64,000 nt of DNA from the NCBI GenBank assembly GCA_951406725.2, contig OX597815.1:121148001-121212000 (forward strand), written 5' to 3'. Below the pieces are notes generated by a model. The model made no database searches and was not told where the DNA came from. It saw only the letters and a list, made by a program, of their open reading frames with translations. This DNA comes from Octopus vulgaris. Lineage: Eukaryota. Position numbers and translations under genes: made by a program. Shown one piece after another: positions 10,605 to 24,150 of this stretch; the first letter of the stretch is position 1; the number at the start of each line of letters is the position of its first letter.

Positions 10605-11142
10605 TGGTGGCGGCTGCCCCCTCATTATCGAGTATGGCCATTGCATGAAGCCTAATCAATGTTGTTATCATGCAATGCCTGTTCAAGACGATTTTTTTTA
10701 AAGTGAGGAAAGGCTGTGCACTGAGTCAATCCCATTCACTAAGCAACAGGAGCCATAATCTGAAAAGAAGAACAAGTCAACATCATCGGTAAACACTGAG
10801 CAGCAGGTTTTATGTCAGAGTTATCCCAGTTACCTGAGTTACCTTCTTCTTGAAGGATGCCCTAACAAAGGCTAGGAGTCCTACACTCCCAATGGTTTAA
10901 CCACGCGATCGGGTATTCAGTCCAATTATTTCTATGTCCCCGCGCATGATACAGCCTTAAGACATTTAGTGGATAGCCATTGACTCTCAAGATTTCCTCC
11001 GCCTTTTGACGGGTTTTGTTTTTCATCCCGCAGGGTGTCCAATAAACACCCTCCTCACCAAGCAAGCTTGGTGGGGTTGCCGGTTTAGTCACCGACGATC
11101 CGACCATGCAACAGGTTGTACTGGGTTACATGTTACCAGTAG
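10605..11142 (-). mobile_element. Probable internally deleted RTE-derived element in a (TACA)n tract
   Basis: GC-richer island between (TACA)n arrays; left end resembles the RTE-2 3' end (CTC.T.A.CGAG.A.G.CCATTGC). Confidence 0.4.
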
Positions 11143-11244
11143 CACATACATACATACATACATACATACATACATACATACATACATACATACATGCATA
11201 CATATTCTCTTATTCTTTTATATGTTTCAGCCTTGAGGCTGTGA

Positions 11245-11294
<50 letters not shown>

Positions 11295-12134
11295 TCTAAA
11301 TAAGAACTTTGATATCCAACAGTTCCTTACAAAACATTAACTGTTTGTAGCAACACCTTAATTTAATCCTTTGATATATCAACAGAAAAACTTTAAAAAC
11401 AATGGAGGAATTGCAAATATAATGATCACTTCTTGTCAGGGGCATGCTAAAGTATGTGCCACATGAATGGTCTTTGTTCTTGCTCTTTACATTCAAAGTT
11501 CAAATTCTGAAATAGCCTACTTGGGTGGTAAATTTAATCAGCTGTCTTGTTTGACTTCCCCACCTGGAATCTTGAGTGTCTTTTGTGGAGTTCATTCTGT
11601 TGCAAGCATCTGAAGTAAGTTTTCTTTTTGTGGATGCCTCCCTTCTTCCCTCCTCCTCCCCTCCAATCTCAGAGATCTTGTAAAGGGTCATGGATGCTAT
11701 ATTCCCACCTGATTAAAAAATGACAAGAAAATTATATAGAATGTGTTGCTCCCTAAAAATGCTTCCCAAGGTGAACTGCCACCCTACAATCTTTTAGCTA
11801 TGTTAGTGCTTGCTTTTCTTCTTCTTAGAGCAACACCTGTAAGTTTAAAAAGCATCTACTTATTCATAAATCTTTTAACTTGAAGAAATAAATCTTTCAT
11901 CAGCTTGCCTCAACCAAAAGTACTCTCTCTAAAGATATTTACATATCACATAATATATTAATTCAAGATTCTGTTTTGGTGACGGGTTTGGGGCTTTTCA
12001 CTTTGTTTTTTTTTTGTTAGTTTTTCTTTTGTATTTTTAAAATTTTTTTATTCACATCACTAAAAGTCATATTTTATGCTAAACATGGATTTTAAAAGAT
12101 ACAGAGATCATACAATTGATTATGTCACTGATAT

Positions 12135-12989
12135 TGCACATACACACAACACACATGCATGCACATACATACATACACACACATACACATACACATACAC
12201 ACATGCACAAACACATGCACATACACATGCACACACACATGCATGTGCACACACACAGGAATGCACACATACCTAACACACACATTTCCATGTACAGACA
12301 CATACGTACACCTACATACACACACACGCACACATACATACATGCACACACGTACATACAACTACACACACATAAACACACACACATGCACACACACACA
12401 CATGCATGCACATACACGCACAAGGACACACATTTACCTCTACATACACAACCCCACGTATACATATACATATACACACATGAGCACATATGCACATGCA
12501 CACATATACACACACATACACACACACACGCACACACACATATACACATGCATGCACCTATACACACATGCACATGCACATGAACATACACACTCATACA
12601 TACACACACACAATTACACATACATGAGCATATACACACATACACATACATGCATATGCACACACACATAAAACTCCACACACACAACCCCACACACACA
12701 ACCCCCTATACACATACACACACATATACACACACACACGCACACACACTCATTCAGACATGCACACACTACACACACGACACACACACACAACATACAC
12801 ATAGACACACACACATATATATACATGCACACACATACTCCAAACTGCCAGTCAAACACCTTTCTACTGACCATTCCTCTATGCACACAACTACACAAAA
12901 GACAACCACTCCTGTTACCATGCTGCCAAATTCTTCCTACAACATTAAGAGACACAAAGTTCACTCACACAAGCCAACACTACACAACA

Positions 12990-13030
<41 letters not shown>

Positions 13031-13060
13031 GCACACACATACGCACTCGCGCACACACAT
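12135..13060. repeat. About 0.9-kb degenerate (CA)n/(CATA)n tract
   Basis: Directly visible. Confidence 0.95.
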
Positions 13061-13064
13061 ACCT

Positions 13065-13330
13065 TCTTCTCTCACACTCTCCTGTCTTAGACAAACTTTT
13101 TCTTCACCCATTCCCTTCCGGTCATTTCAAAATGTAACCACATGTGAATCGTTGGTGATTTTCTTTCTCCATCTCCCTTTTGTATTGGACTTTCCTCTGT
13201 TTCTGAAGAAGTGCTCTGCTCGAAATGTTGAACCATCTATCTTTCCTTCCCTGAGCATCTGCTAATACTTTACATGTATCACATCCTCGTGTTGTTTTTT
13301 TTTTTGTGCTTGTTCTTCGTTTTTTTGGAA
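13065..13330 (+). mobile_element. Penelope-type terminal repeat relic with degenerate hammerhead
   Basis: GTTT-CTGAAGA-AGTGC tct GCTC-GAAA-TGTT-GAAC at 13199-13233. Confidence 0.5.
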
Positions 13331-13354
13331 TTACTATATATATATATACACATA

Positions 13355-13505
13355 TACAACAAGCTTCTTTCAGTTTCTCTCTACTAAATCCACTCACAAG
13401 GTTTTGGTCAGCCCGAAACTATAGTAGAAAACACTTGCCCAAGGTGCCACACAGCAGGACTGAACCCAGAACCATGTGGTTGGGAAGTAAGCTTCTTACC
13501 ACACA
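13355..13505 (-). mobile_element. SINE family A head
   Basis: Matches 56030-56185. Confidence 0.8.
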
Positions 13506-13507
13506 CG

Positions 13508-13563
<56 letters not shown>

Positions 13564-13569
13564 TATATA

Positions 13570-13970
13570 TGAGTGTGATGGTTGCCAGAGCAGCTGACTG
13601 GCTTCCATGTTGGTGGCACGTAAAAAGCACCATTCAAGTGTGATCATTACCAGCGTTGCCTTACAAGCACATGAAAAAAATATTCAAGCGAGGTTGTTGC
13701 CAGTGCCATTGGACTGGCTCCTGTGCAGATGGCACGTAAAAAACACCATTTGAATGTGGTTGTTGCCAGTACCACCTGATGGCCCTCGTGTCGGTGGCAC
13801 ATAAAAGCACCAACTACACTCTTGGAGTGGTTGGCATTAAGAAGGGCATCCAGCTGTAGAAACTCTGCCAGATCAGATTGGAGCCTGGTGCAGCCATCTG
13901 GTTCACCAGTCCTCAGTCAAATCGTCCAACCCATGCTAACATGGAAAGCAGACATTAAACAACGATGATG
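13570..13970 (+). mobile_element. RTE family-1 3' UTR copy
   Basis: Homologous to 13987-14520 in inverted orientation. Confidence 0.85.
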
Positions 13971-13986
13971 AATATATATATATATA

Positions 13987-16900
13987 TCATCATCATCATC
14001 ATCATCATCGTTTAGCATCCGCTTTCCATGCTAGCATGGGTTGGATGGTTCAACTGGGGTCTGGGAAGCCAGAAGGCTGCACCAGGCCCAGTCTGATCTG
14101 GCAATGTTTCTACGGCTGGATACCCTTCCTAACGCCAACCACTCCATGAGTGTAGTGGGTGCTTTTTACGTGCCACCGGCACAGGTGCCAGACGAGTCTG
14201 GCAAATGGCCTCGATCGGATGGTGCTTTTTATGTGCCACCGGCACAGCCATGAACGGATGGTGCTTTCTACGTGCCAGTCGGGGCGGCGTTACAGGTGCC
14301 AGACGAGTCTGGCAAACGGCCACGATCGGATGGTGCTTTTTATGTGCCACCAGCACAAGGGCTAGGTGAGGCTGGCAATGGCCACGAACGGATGGTGCTT
14401 TTTACATGCCACCGGCACGAGGCCAGTCGGGGTGGCGCTGGCAACGGCCACGTTCGGATGGTTCTCTTACGTTCCACCAGCACTACTGGTACCTCAGCTG
14501 CAATTTCCATTGATCGATTTCGATTCTGATTCTGACTTGCCTCAACAGGTCTTCACAGGAAGGGAAGGTATGCATAAGTGGACTGGCTACATCTCGTGTA
14601 GAAGGCTACGGGATTATGATCTCACTTGTCCTGCCGGGTCTTCTCACGTACAGCATACTTCCAGAGGTCTCGGTCTCTAGTCATTTCCTCAGTGAGACCT
14701 AAAGTTCGAAGGTCGTGCTTCACCACCTTGTCCCAGGTTTTCCTGGGTCTGCCTCTTCCACACGTTCCCTCAACTGCTAGGGTGTGGCACTTTTTCACAC
14801 AACTATCTTCATCCATTCTCGCCACATGACCATACCAGTGCAAACGTCTCTCTTGCACACCACATCTGATGCTTCTTAGGCCCAGCTTTTCTCTCAAGGT
14901 ACTTACACTCTGTCGAGTATGAACACTGACATTACACATCTATCGGAGCATACTGGCTTCATTTCTTGCGAGCTTACGCATATCCTCAGCAGTCACGGCC
15001 CATGTTTCACTGCCATGTAGCATGGCTGTTCGCACACACGCGTCATACAGTCTGCCTTTTACTCTGAGCGAGAGGCCTTTTGTCACCAGCAGAAGTAAGA
15101 GCTCTCTGAACTTTGCCCAAGCTATTCTTACTCTAGCAGTTACACTTTCAGCACACCCGCCCCCGCTACTGACTTGGTCACCTAGGTAATGGAAGCTATC
15201 AACTATTTCAAGTTTTTCTCCCTGGAAAGTGGCAGAAGTTGGTCTCAGAGCATTTTCAGTGTTTATTGCTCCTGAGCATCTGCCACATACAAAAACTATC
15301 TTCCTAGTTAGCCTTCCTTTGACATTGCTGCACCTCTTATGTGTCCATAGCTTACACTTGGTGCATCATATAGAGTTTCTACCTACAATTTTTCTACAGA
15401 TTGAGCAGGGCCATCTACCTGAAGGCGTTTGTGATTGGTCTACCTTCCTACTTATCTCTTGGTTTTAGTTAGATTGACTCTAAGGCCCTTCGATTCTAAT
15501 CCTTGCTTCCACACCTGAAACTTCTCCAGTTCTGATAGTGACTCAGCAATTAGAGCAAGGTCATCAGCATAGAGGAGCTCCTAGGGGCATCCTGTCTTGA
15601 ATTTCTCCGTTATTGCCTGGAGGACTATGATAAATAGGAGGGGGCTGAGGACTGAGCCTTGGTGGACCCCTACCTCTACCCAGAATTCTTCACTGTACTC
15701 GTTGCCAACCCTCACCTTACTAGCAGCATCCCTGTACATGGCTCGCACAGCTCTCACTAACCATTCATCTATCCCTAGTTTCCTCATTGGCCACCTGATA
15801 AGGGATCGGGGGACCCTGTCGAAGGCTTTCTCTATGTCAACAAAAGCCAGGTACAGGGGCTTATCTTTGGTGAGGTATTTCTCTTGCAGCTGCCTTACCA
15901 GGAATATAGCATCAGTGGTACTTTTCCCTGGCACAAACCCAAACTGCATCTCATCTAAGCTAACTCTCTCTCTAATTAGTTGGGCTATGACCCTCTCAGT
16001 AACCTTCATTACCTAATCCAACAGCTTGATACCTCTGTAATTATTTGTATCTAGGGCTATTATGCTGCTACACCAGTCATTGGGTATGAGTCCTTCGTGT
16101 ATCACCTGATTAACTATACGGGTGACTAGGCTATAGCCGAGACTACCAGATATTTTGAGCATCTCTGCAGTGATACCTGATGAGCCTGGGGCTTTCCCTG
16201 TCTTCATACTTCTAATTGCCTTAACTACCAAGGAACTGTCAACTCGGATAGCTGGTCCCTCTGTTGGGTCAACATTCGGCAGACTCTCTTTATCCCACTC
16301 ATTTTCTTTATTCAGCAACCTTTCATAGTGTCGTCTCCAAACCTCTCTCTTTGCATCCTCATTTAGCGCAAGTGAACCATCTTCCATGCGAACACACTTC
16401 TCTCCTACCACATCACAATTCTCTCTCACACACTGTCTTGCAACACGAAACACGTTCAGTTTTTGGTCCTCACGACGCAGAACATTGGCAAATAATTTTC
16501 TTATCTGCTTCCCCTCTGGCTAGATAGACCTGTCTGCTAGCTTCCCTTTTGGCAGTCTGATACAATTCCCTGCTACCACCATTCTTCCAGTCCTTCCAAG
16601 CCTGTCTCTTTTCTCTAATAACCCTGTCTACAACATTGTTCCACTACCACGTTACCTTGGGATGAGAGGGGACTTTGCACCAGCCACAGATCTGGTCAGT
16701 GGCTCCCAGCAGATTGTCCCTTAGAAACGTCCAGTTGCCTTCTACCCCATGTGATACTCTATCCCCTTCTACTTCGTCAGAGGCTTCAAGTAACATGTCC
16801 CTAAATCTCTGTCCATTCGCAGGATCTTTAAGCTTCCAGATCCTTCTTCTCCATGTTGGTCGTCTTCTGGTTGTCCTCCTAGTCCTGATCCTAAAGTCAC

Positions 16901-17522
16901 TAACTACCAGTCTATGTTGCGGGGTACATTCTTTGCCTGGGAAGGTTTTGGCATTCATAAGCAGCCATCTCTCCCTTTGCCTGGCAAGGATGTAGTCAAT
17001 TTGGCTGGTATGTTGGCCCGATCGGTAGGTGACTAGATGGCTGGTAGGTTTCCTGAAGTTAGTGTTGCAAACCATAAGATTATTTGCATCGCAGAACTCC
17101 AGCAGCCTGGTTCCCTCCTCGTTGCGGGAACCATAGCCATAGCCTCCATGTACACCATGGAAGCCCCCAGCATGTCATCGAATGTGACGATTGAAGTCAC
17201 CAGCCACAAAGAGAAGGTCTCTGTCGTTCGTCAACGAGGTAGTCTGCAGTAGAGTGTCATAGAATCCGTCTTTCTGTCCATCGGGTAGCCCCGGCTGAGG
17301 AGCATAGGCCGATATAATGGCTGCTAATCTATGATGAAGCACTAATCTAATCTTAAGTATTCTGTCACATACTCTGATTACTTTATCTACCCATTTCTCA
17401 GCGATAAGTATACCCACGCCACCAACCCCGTCAGTGTTCCCTGCCCAGAAAATCTTGTACCTGTGTTCCTTGCCTGTGAGGAACCTAGCAGAACTTCCTC
17501 TCCACCTTACTTCTTGCATGCA
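13987..17522 (-). mobile_element. Near full-length decayed RTE LINE, family 1 (APE endonuclease, RT with PHD insert, repeat-rich 3' UTR, (GAT)n tail)
   Basis: QEVRW, SAYAPQ, GDFN, SQIDYIL, QHRLVV; YRGIKLL, QFGFVPG, AFVDIEKAFD, GVHQGSVLSPLLF, LLYADDL (about 15560-15580); frameshifts and stops. Confidence 0.95.
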
Positions 17523-17582
17523 ACATATATATATATATACACAGATAGATAGATAGACAGATAGACAAACAGACAGACAGAC

Positions 17583-17672
<90 letters not shown>

Positions 17673-17719
17673 GCAGACAGACAAATATATGTATGTATTA
17701 AAGAGTATTTCCAATGAAA

Positions 17720-19385
17720 AATATTGCAGAATATCAGGATATCACAAGCATTGAACATTGTACAGTGTTTTTACTCGGGAACATTTTTGATTCTTAGTAA
17801 ATTGTTCTTCATTCATTGATGCCTATTGTTTAATGTTCAATTTCTATGCTAGCATGGCTTCAACAGGAATTGACATGAGGCAGAATTTGCTGCTGAATTC
17901 TCTTCCTGATGCCCGCCCTCCTGTTTGGTTCTTCATGTATAAACTTCTGTAATTTAGTATCGGCAAACCTTTCCTCAAATTTAATCACATCAATAAGTTT
18001 CCAAATATTTGGATGAATAATATTCACTGTGTTTTTTAGTGTGCTGTGGTAGGCTTTTAAACTATTTGTAGTATGAGCAATCCCCATCATACATCGATCC
18101 CAAACGTTTCATATAGGGTTAGGGTTAGGGTTCAAGGCATCGCTTCCTCTGTCCTCTTCCTCAAGGTGGTCCTATATAATTGTCTTCAAAATAGAATGCA
18201 ATTGACTGTGAATATCATCATCATCTACAGGTTGTTCATATCCATCTACAACATCATCAACCAGCGAGAAGGCAAGGGTAACAAAACACTGCATTTTTAG
18301 ACTACAACTGTCATCTTCATATCTACATTTTAGTCTTTCTTGCACAACATGATTGTATACATTTTGTTGTAAATGAAACTAGCAGCAAGCCAAATTCGAC
18401 CCAGGAAATGATTGCAGAAATCCGTTATGGGCTGCTCTTTTGAAATCCATAATTATATTATCAGGTCCCACATTCAGCAGTAGTTCATTTATGTTGGCAA
18501 AAAGTCTACTATATGTGTCTTGACTATTGTCAGAAAGTAGTACAAACAATTATGGGGTACTAAAATGATCATTTTGAATGCGAAGTATATATAACTGAAA
18601 AAATATACTAGAGCAGCACTCAAATGTTCCATCTCCCACCCAGTTCTTGCGTTGTTTTCACTGTTATAATGCTTCATCACCTGCAAATATTAGTATTTGT
18701 TTTGAATCTTCCATCCCGCCATCATACGGGAATCAGCATGCCTCCAACGTCTAATATTCCTATTAAGGCTGTGCAAATGGAGGTATCTGCAACATATTCA
18801 GTCATTTAAATTCTGAACTTCACTAGCATTAACTGAGCAAAAGTATTATCCTTGCATTTACCTCTGCAGCAGTTGAAGCGCAATTATGGATCCCAATCTT
18901 AAGCTCTTTATAATTTTCATCTGTATGAAGTCTTGCCTTGCACACACAATTTTTGCACCTTCAGTATGTCTTCAGTCCATCTGCATTCTGCTTATCTCTT
19001 GTGCATATATAATTTTCTTGATCGACCACTTTGATTTTTCCTTTCTCTGAAGTGATGATCTTGCAAGTAGTCATGTGGATGGGTAGGCGTATTGAATAAA
19101 TTTAATTCAATTTGCTTGAAAATCTTTGTTCGTAAACTGTTCAGCACAGATACCTAAGATGGAGAAAGAGCGGGTTAAAGAAAGGAAAGAAAATATCTAA
19201 AACTGTTCAACGACAATTTTAATTCAAAAGAGATTGTTTTAAATTTACCCTCGAAAATTACATTTAAGAGTATTTTGGGATGAATTGCCCAGTGACAAAT
19301 TGACCTGGGGATAAATTGATCAATGATGTATTGATCCAGGACAAATTAACTGACGACAAAATAACTGGGGACAAAGTGTCCTAGC
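17720..19385 (-). mobile_element. Decayed MULE/Mutator-like transposon with FLYWCH-type N-terminus
   Basis: From ATG 19074: MTTCKIITSEKGK...KTY*RCKNCVCKARLHT; C-terminal TNSLKAYH...HPNIWKLIDVIKFEE; subterminal GGGGACAAA-like repeats 19275-19385. Confidence 0.75.
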
Positions 19386-19475
19386 ATTACATAGAAAGCA
19401 ATGTGACAATAATAAAGATATGCTATGACAAAAGTGTGGATAATTTTTTAGTTCCCCTCATGCATACATACATAT

Positions 19476-19519
<44 letters not shown>

Positions 19520-19702
19520 AGTCACCTAAATCATCCAAAAATGAAACTAACACTGATATCTCATTTTAACAGATATTTTAAAAGAAATAAAGATCAATTT
19601 TGAATCAGAAAAAAATATATAAATAAATTATATCAGTTTACTGATTCTAATTCAATTCAGTATACACACACGTGCATATGTATACATATTTATGTATATA
19701 TA

Positions 19703-20522
19703 CAGGGTGTGGTGAATAAACTGTCATCTAAGTTTCGCAAAAATGAAAATAACACTTACATCTCATTTTAACATATATTTAGCAAATTTACATAAAAATA
19801 TCTTGAAATACTAAAGAGTAAACTTATTTAATAAAATCGCCATTGGCTTTAACCATGGCCTCCAACGACTTTGGAATCGCCTGCAACTCTCCTTGTTTGA
19901 GTTGGTTAATGCTGCCATAATCTTCCCTTCAGTTCATCTGAAGGTATTATAAGAAGTTTTTTGGTCTCTCACTTAACTGGGGCCCCACATTTAATGCAGT
20001 CTGGTGAGTTATGTGGCCAGATGTTAGGTGTGATGTAGCTACAAAAATTGTCTGACAGCCATGACTGGGTTCTCCTACATGATTGGGCATGGTGCAGAGT
20101 CCTGTTGCGTCTTTCAGCAGCCACCCTCTTGACCCAGAACAGCACTACCTCCTCCAGGCACTTGATGTAAGTCTCCAGTCTGAGGACGTATGGGAAGATG
20201 AATGGAGGTATAGGGACGCCATAACTAGTGATCACTTCAAACATTATGATGTTGACTGGATGTTTGATTTTTATCATTCTTGGTACATGTCCTCAGATTG
20301 ACACCCAAACATCCTGAACTGTTCATACTGATGCTTCCAGCACGAATGCCAAGCAGTACAACATGTCGTTTCCAAATTTCTGGCAGAGTGAATTGTGTCA
20401 TGGTGGTGTTTTTGACACAGATGGTGTCCAACTGACCCTACTATACTGTGTAGTCATCAAAATCAAAAACAATGAGCAAAATTAGAAATACAACATGGCA
20501 ACAATTTACCCATCATACCCTG
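19703..20522 (-). mobile_element. Internally deleted maT/DD37D-like Tc1-mariner element
   Basis: TA|CAGGGT termini; KHPVNIIMFEVITS, IWPHNSPDC. Confidence 0.85.
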
Positions 20523-20549
<27 letters not shown>

Positions 20550-20555
<6 letters not shown>

Positions 20556-20950
20556 CATCACCATCATTATCATCCCCATCATCATCATTATCATTGTTTA
20601 ACATCCACTTTCCATGCTGGCATGTGTTGGACAGTTTGACATAGGATTGGCCAGCTGTGTCTGTTGTGAGATGATTTCTACAGCTGGATGCCCTTCCTAA
20701 TGCCAACCACTTAACAGAGTGTACTGTGTGCTTTTTATGTGTTGCTGTCACAGGTGCATTTACACAGCACTGGCACGAGTGTGTTAACACAGCACTAGCC
20801 CAAGTTCTTTTTGTCTGGCACCAGCACCTGAAAGGACAAGCTTGAATGTGTTGAAGATAGCAATTTTACTTAGCTTGACTCATCTTATCAAGTACAGCAA
20901 ATCACTACATCTTGCAGTCTTTTTCATTTCTTCAGTGAAGCTCAGGGTCA
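20550..20950 (-). mobile_element. RTE-type 3' tail
   Basis: (CAT)n TGTTTAACATCCACTTTCCATGCTGGCATG. Confidence 0.7.
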
Positions 20951-20971
20951 TATTTTTTATATTTTTATATA

Positions 20972-21876
20972 TTGGGTCATCCCATAAATAACGCAGTTTT
21001 TTCAATTGCATGAACTAAAAGCCAAGGGGGATGGGAAAACTACCTGCATCAACTTTCTATAAAGCAGGTAGTAATTTTAGCTTGTCCTTATTCTTAGTGC
21101 AAACATTGAAATGTGCAGTTCGATTTTAACAGTTATTTTTCAAAGCTATACTGGAAGGGACAAAGGAGCTTATTTGGCATATTTTGCTTTATGAGTTCAA
21201 TAAAAGTAACAACAAATGAAAACTGCAAGGAATATTAATGCAGTATATGGAGATCAGACAATAAGCATAAGCCAGTGTCAACGGTGGTTCCAGAAATTCC
21301 AAGCTGGAAACTGCAGCCTAGCAGACGAGCCTCATCCTGGGAGATGTGTAGAGCTCAACAAGGATGTCCTGAAAATTCTGGTGGAACAAAATCCCATCGT
21401 AGCAGAGAAGCTTGGATTTGGTAATTCAACTATTCATAGACATCTGCAAGCCATTGGAAAATGACTATCCTTGGTTTCAAGATGAAAGTGTTCTTCCATC
21501 AGGTTAATGCTCATCCAAATACAGTGAGGATGACATTCCAAAGGTTGGGTCAGTTTGAATGGGAAATGATGCCCCTCTCACTATATTCCTTGGACATTGC
21601 TCCATCTGATTATCATTTATTCTGCAGTCTTCAAAATCATTTCAACAGAAAAAATATGAATTCTGTAGATGAGGTCAGAACAGTATTGGAGGAGTATTTT
21701 TCATCACGGACAAGTGAATTTTGGAAGAGGGGCCTTGCAAGTCTACCAGATAGATAGAAGAGCATTGTAGAAAATGAAGGAGAGTATATTTTAAATTAAA
21801 AGAAAATTTTGTTTATCTTAATTTTGAAAAATAAAAGAAGTATAAAAAAAATTGCATTATTTATGGGATAACCCAA
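20972..21876 (+). mobile_element. Internally deleted mariner (DD34D)
   Basis: TIRs TTGGGTCATCCCATAAATAA / TTATTTATGGGATAACCCAA, TA duplication; TARNINAVYG..CQRWFQKF; YSLDIAPSDYHLF. Confidence 0.92.
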
Positions 21877-22367
21877 TATAAAAAGTGTTAAATGTACATA
21901 GGCACATACACACACATATTACTATTTAAAACAGTTTGATCCAGCCCATGCATCTTAAAGTTTTACATGCTCATAACAGGAACCTAGCTCAGGAGCTGAT
22001 TCTAGGCAAGAGGTTGAACCAAAATGTTTGAAATAATAATATAACTCTTACAAAATGTGTTGAGCACAGTTTGCTTTCATTTGTCCACTCACTCTTATAT
22101 ATACACGTATATACAATATATTTCATTTGGGCTGAGTCAGTCTCTTTTAAGTAAAAATTTTCTTGTTCTGTATTTTACTAGATGTAATAACTTATCCTGA
22201 ACTTTTCCAGTATAATAACTTGTCTTGTACTTTCCCAGTACAGAATATTATTTCTCTTGCTTGCATTTTTCCATGTAATCCTTGTTTCTTCCAGGCTATG
22301 CTATTATGCTAATTAATAATGTGTCAAATGTGTCAATAAGTGCTGTCATTGATAATTTTTTCCTTAC

Positions 22368-22399
22368 CTCAATGATGCCGGAGATACATATTAAAAGTT
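22368..22399 (-). CDS. Candidate 32-nt micro-exon (xLLICISGIIE)
   Basis: CTCTACAG| acceptor, GAG|GTAAGG donor; only one frame open. Confidence 0.3.
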
Positions 22400-22407
22400 C
22401 TGTAGAG

Positions 22408-22510
22408 CTATATTCATAAAAAAGTATAGAACTATATTCATAAAAAAGTATAGAACTATATTCATAAAAAAGTATAGAACTATATTCATAAAAAAGTATA
22501 GAACTATATT
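22408..22510. repeat. 24-bp tandem repeat x4
   Basis: CTATATTCATAAAAAAGTATAGAA units. Confidence 0.95.
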
Positions 22511-23740
22511 ATCTCCCTCAAATTTGAGAAACAAACGCTCATAATGTTTTTCTTTTAAAACTTCATTGCATGAGACTGATACCATGAAATTCCTCGAATT
22601 GAGCTCTATTTTAAAAGCTTAATTGAAATATAGTTTGTTTCTAAAATAAAAAATGTTAATTATACTTAAATCCAATTTTTTGCCTTATTTATATTTTTTC
22701 ATGATTTTTACCTCACAACTTTTTTTATACAAATTTTTGTTGCATCAGAGCAAATCTATGAAATTCCTCACTTTCTTCCATCATTGAAGCTAACATAAAT
22801 ATATTTTCCATTTAAAATAAGAAAAAAAGCTATTTAGATCTAAACTTGATTGGTGGCATTACTTACTCTCTTAAAATATTGCCACAAACTTTGATGTAAA
22901 CTTTTTCTACTGGACCAAATCTCAATTTCCTTACACCAAAATGTAGCTAGGGACCAGTCCTCTTCAAAAATGTTAATGGTTTTCAATTTGGTTAAGAACT
23001 GAATTAGCAACATACTCTGAAAGATTCTGCATGTGAGTAAATTGCGGCCATAAAAATATTATTCAACTACTACCATAGTTGAATGAAGACCAGCTTCCTG
23101 CAGTTTCTATCTATCAAATTCACTCACAAGGCACCATCAGCAGGCTGATATAGAAGTAGAAGAGATTTAGCCAAAGTGTCACACATTGGGACAGAACCTA
23201 AAAGCATGTGATTGTGGTTATGAAGTGAACTACTTAACCACACAGCCGTGGTTATGACGAAAAATATATTTCTATACAAAATATTTCCATTACCAAACAA
23301 TTTTATTGTAGACCAAATCCATTTCTAAATTCACCAATTCTAAGAAATTTTATTTATTTATATACTTTCTTAAAAATAAACAAATTATTGACAGGATGTT
23401 AAGAGATTATTTACTAAATTCAAAGAATCTAAGTTTTTAACATTGTCAATGAATACAAACCACTAAGTTTTGATGCATGTAATTCATAAATTCATTTCCG
23501 ATATATAATTTAAATTCTCAAGCATGCTTTTAATATAGTTGAATATTTATTTTAATAAAAATCAATAGAAATATTTCATATTTGTATTAGAATCATTCTT
23601 TTGTTTATATTCTTTACAGAGAGGGAAAAAAAAAGTAGATTAGATAGATATATGCTCTTAGTGTATATCTGTGACATGTTGTTAGACTCGGTGATTGCAG
23701 TCATGAGATATGGGTAAGTAGTGTATCCGATGCTTTGTTT

Positions 23741-24005
<265 letters not shown>

Positions 24006-24009
24006 TAGC

Positions 24010-24150
24010 AGTTATAGTAATTGTTATATCTTGCTTTGAAATTTCCCAGAGTGAGATCCACTGGAATTTATTATTAGCATTGGTATAATTCACACCTTAA
24101 GCTTCAGATACTGGAATAAACAGAAGACTGCCAAATTATCCAGTTATATA
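24010..24150 (-). mobile_element. Penelope-like GIY-YIG relic
   Basis: DLTLGNFKARYNNY resembles the PLE motif G-L-T-x3-F-K-x-R-Y-N-N-H. Confidence 0.4.

Noticed and set aside
14150-14480. Repeat-spacer-like pattern in the RTE 3' UTR
   Set aside because: Spacers are mutually homologous and the array is part of a LINE UTR
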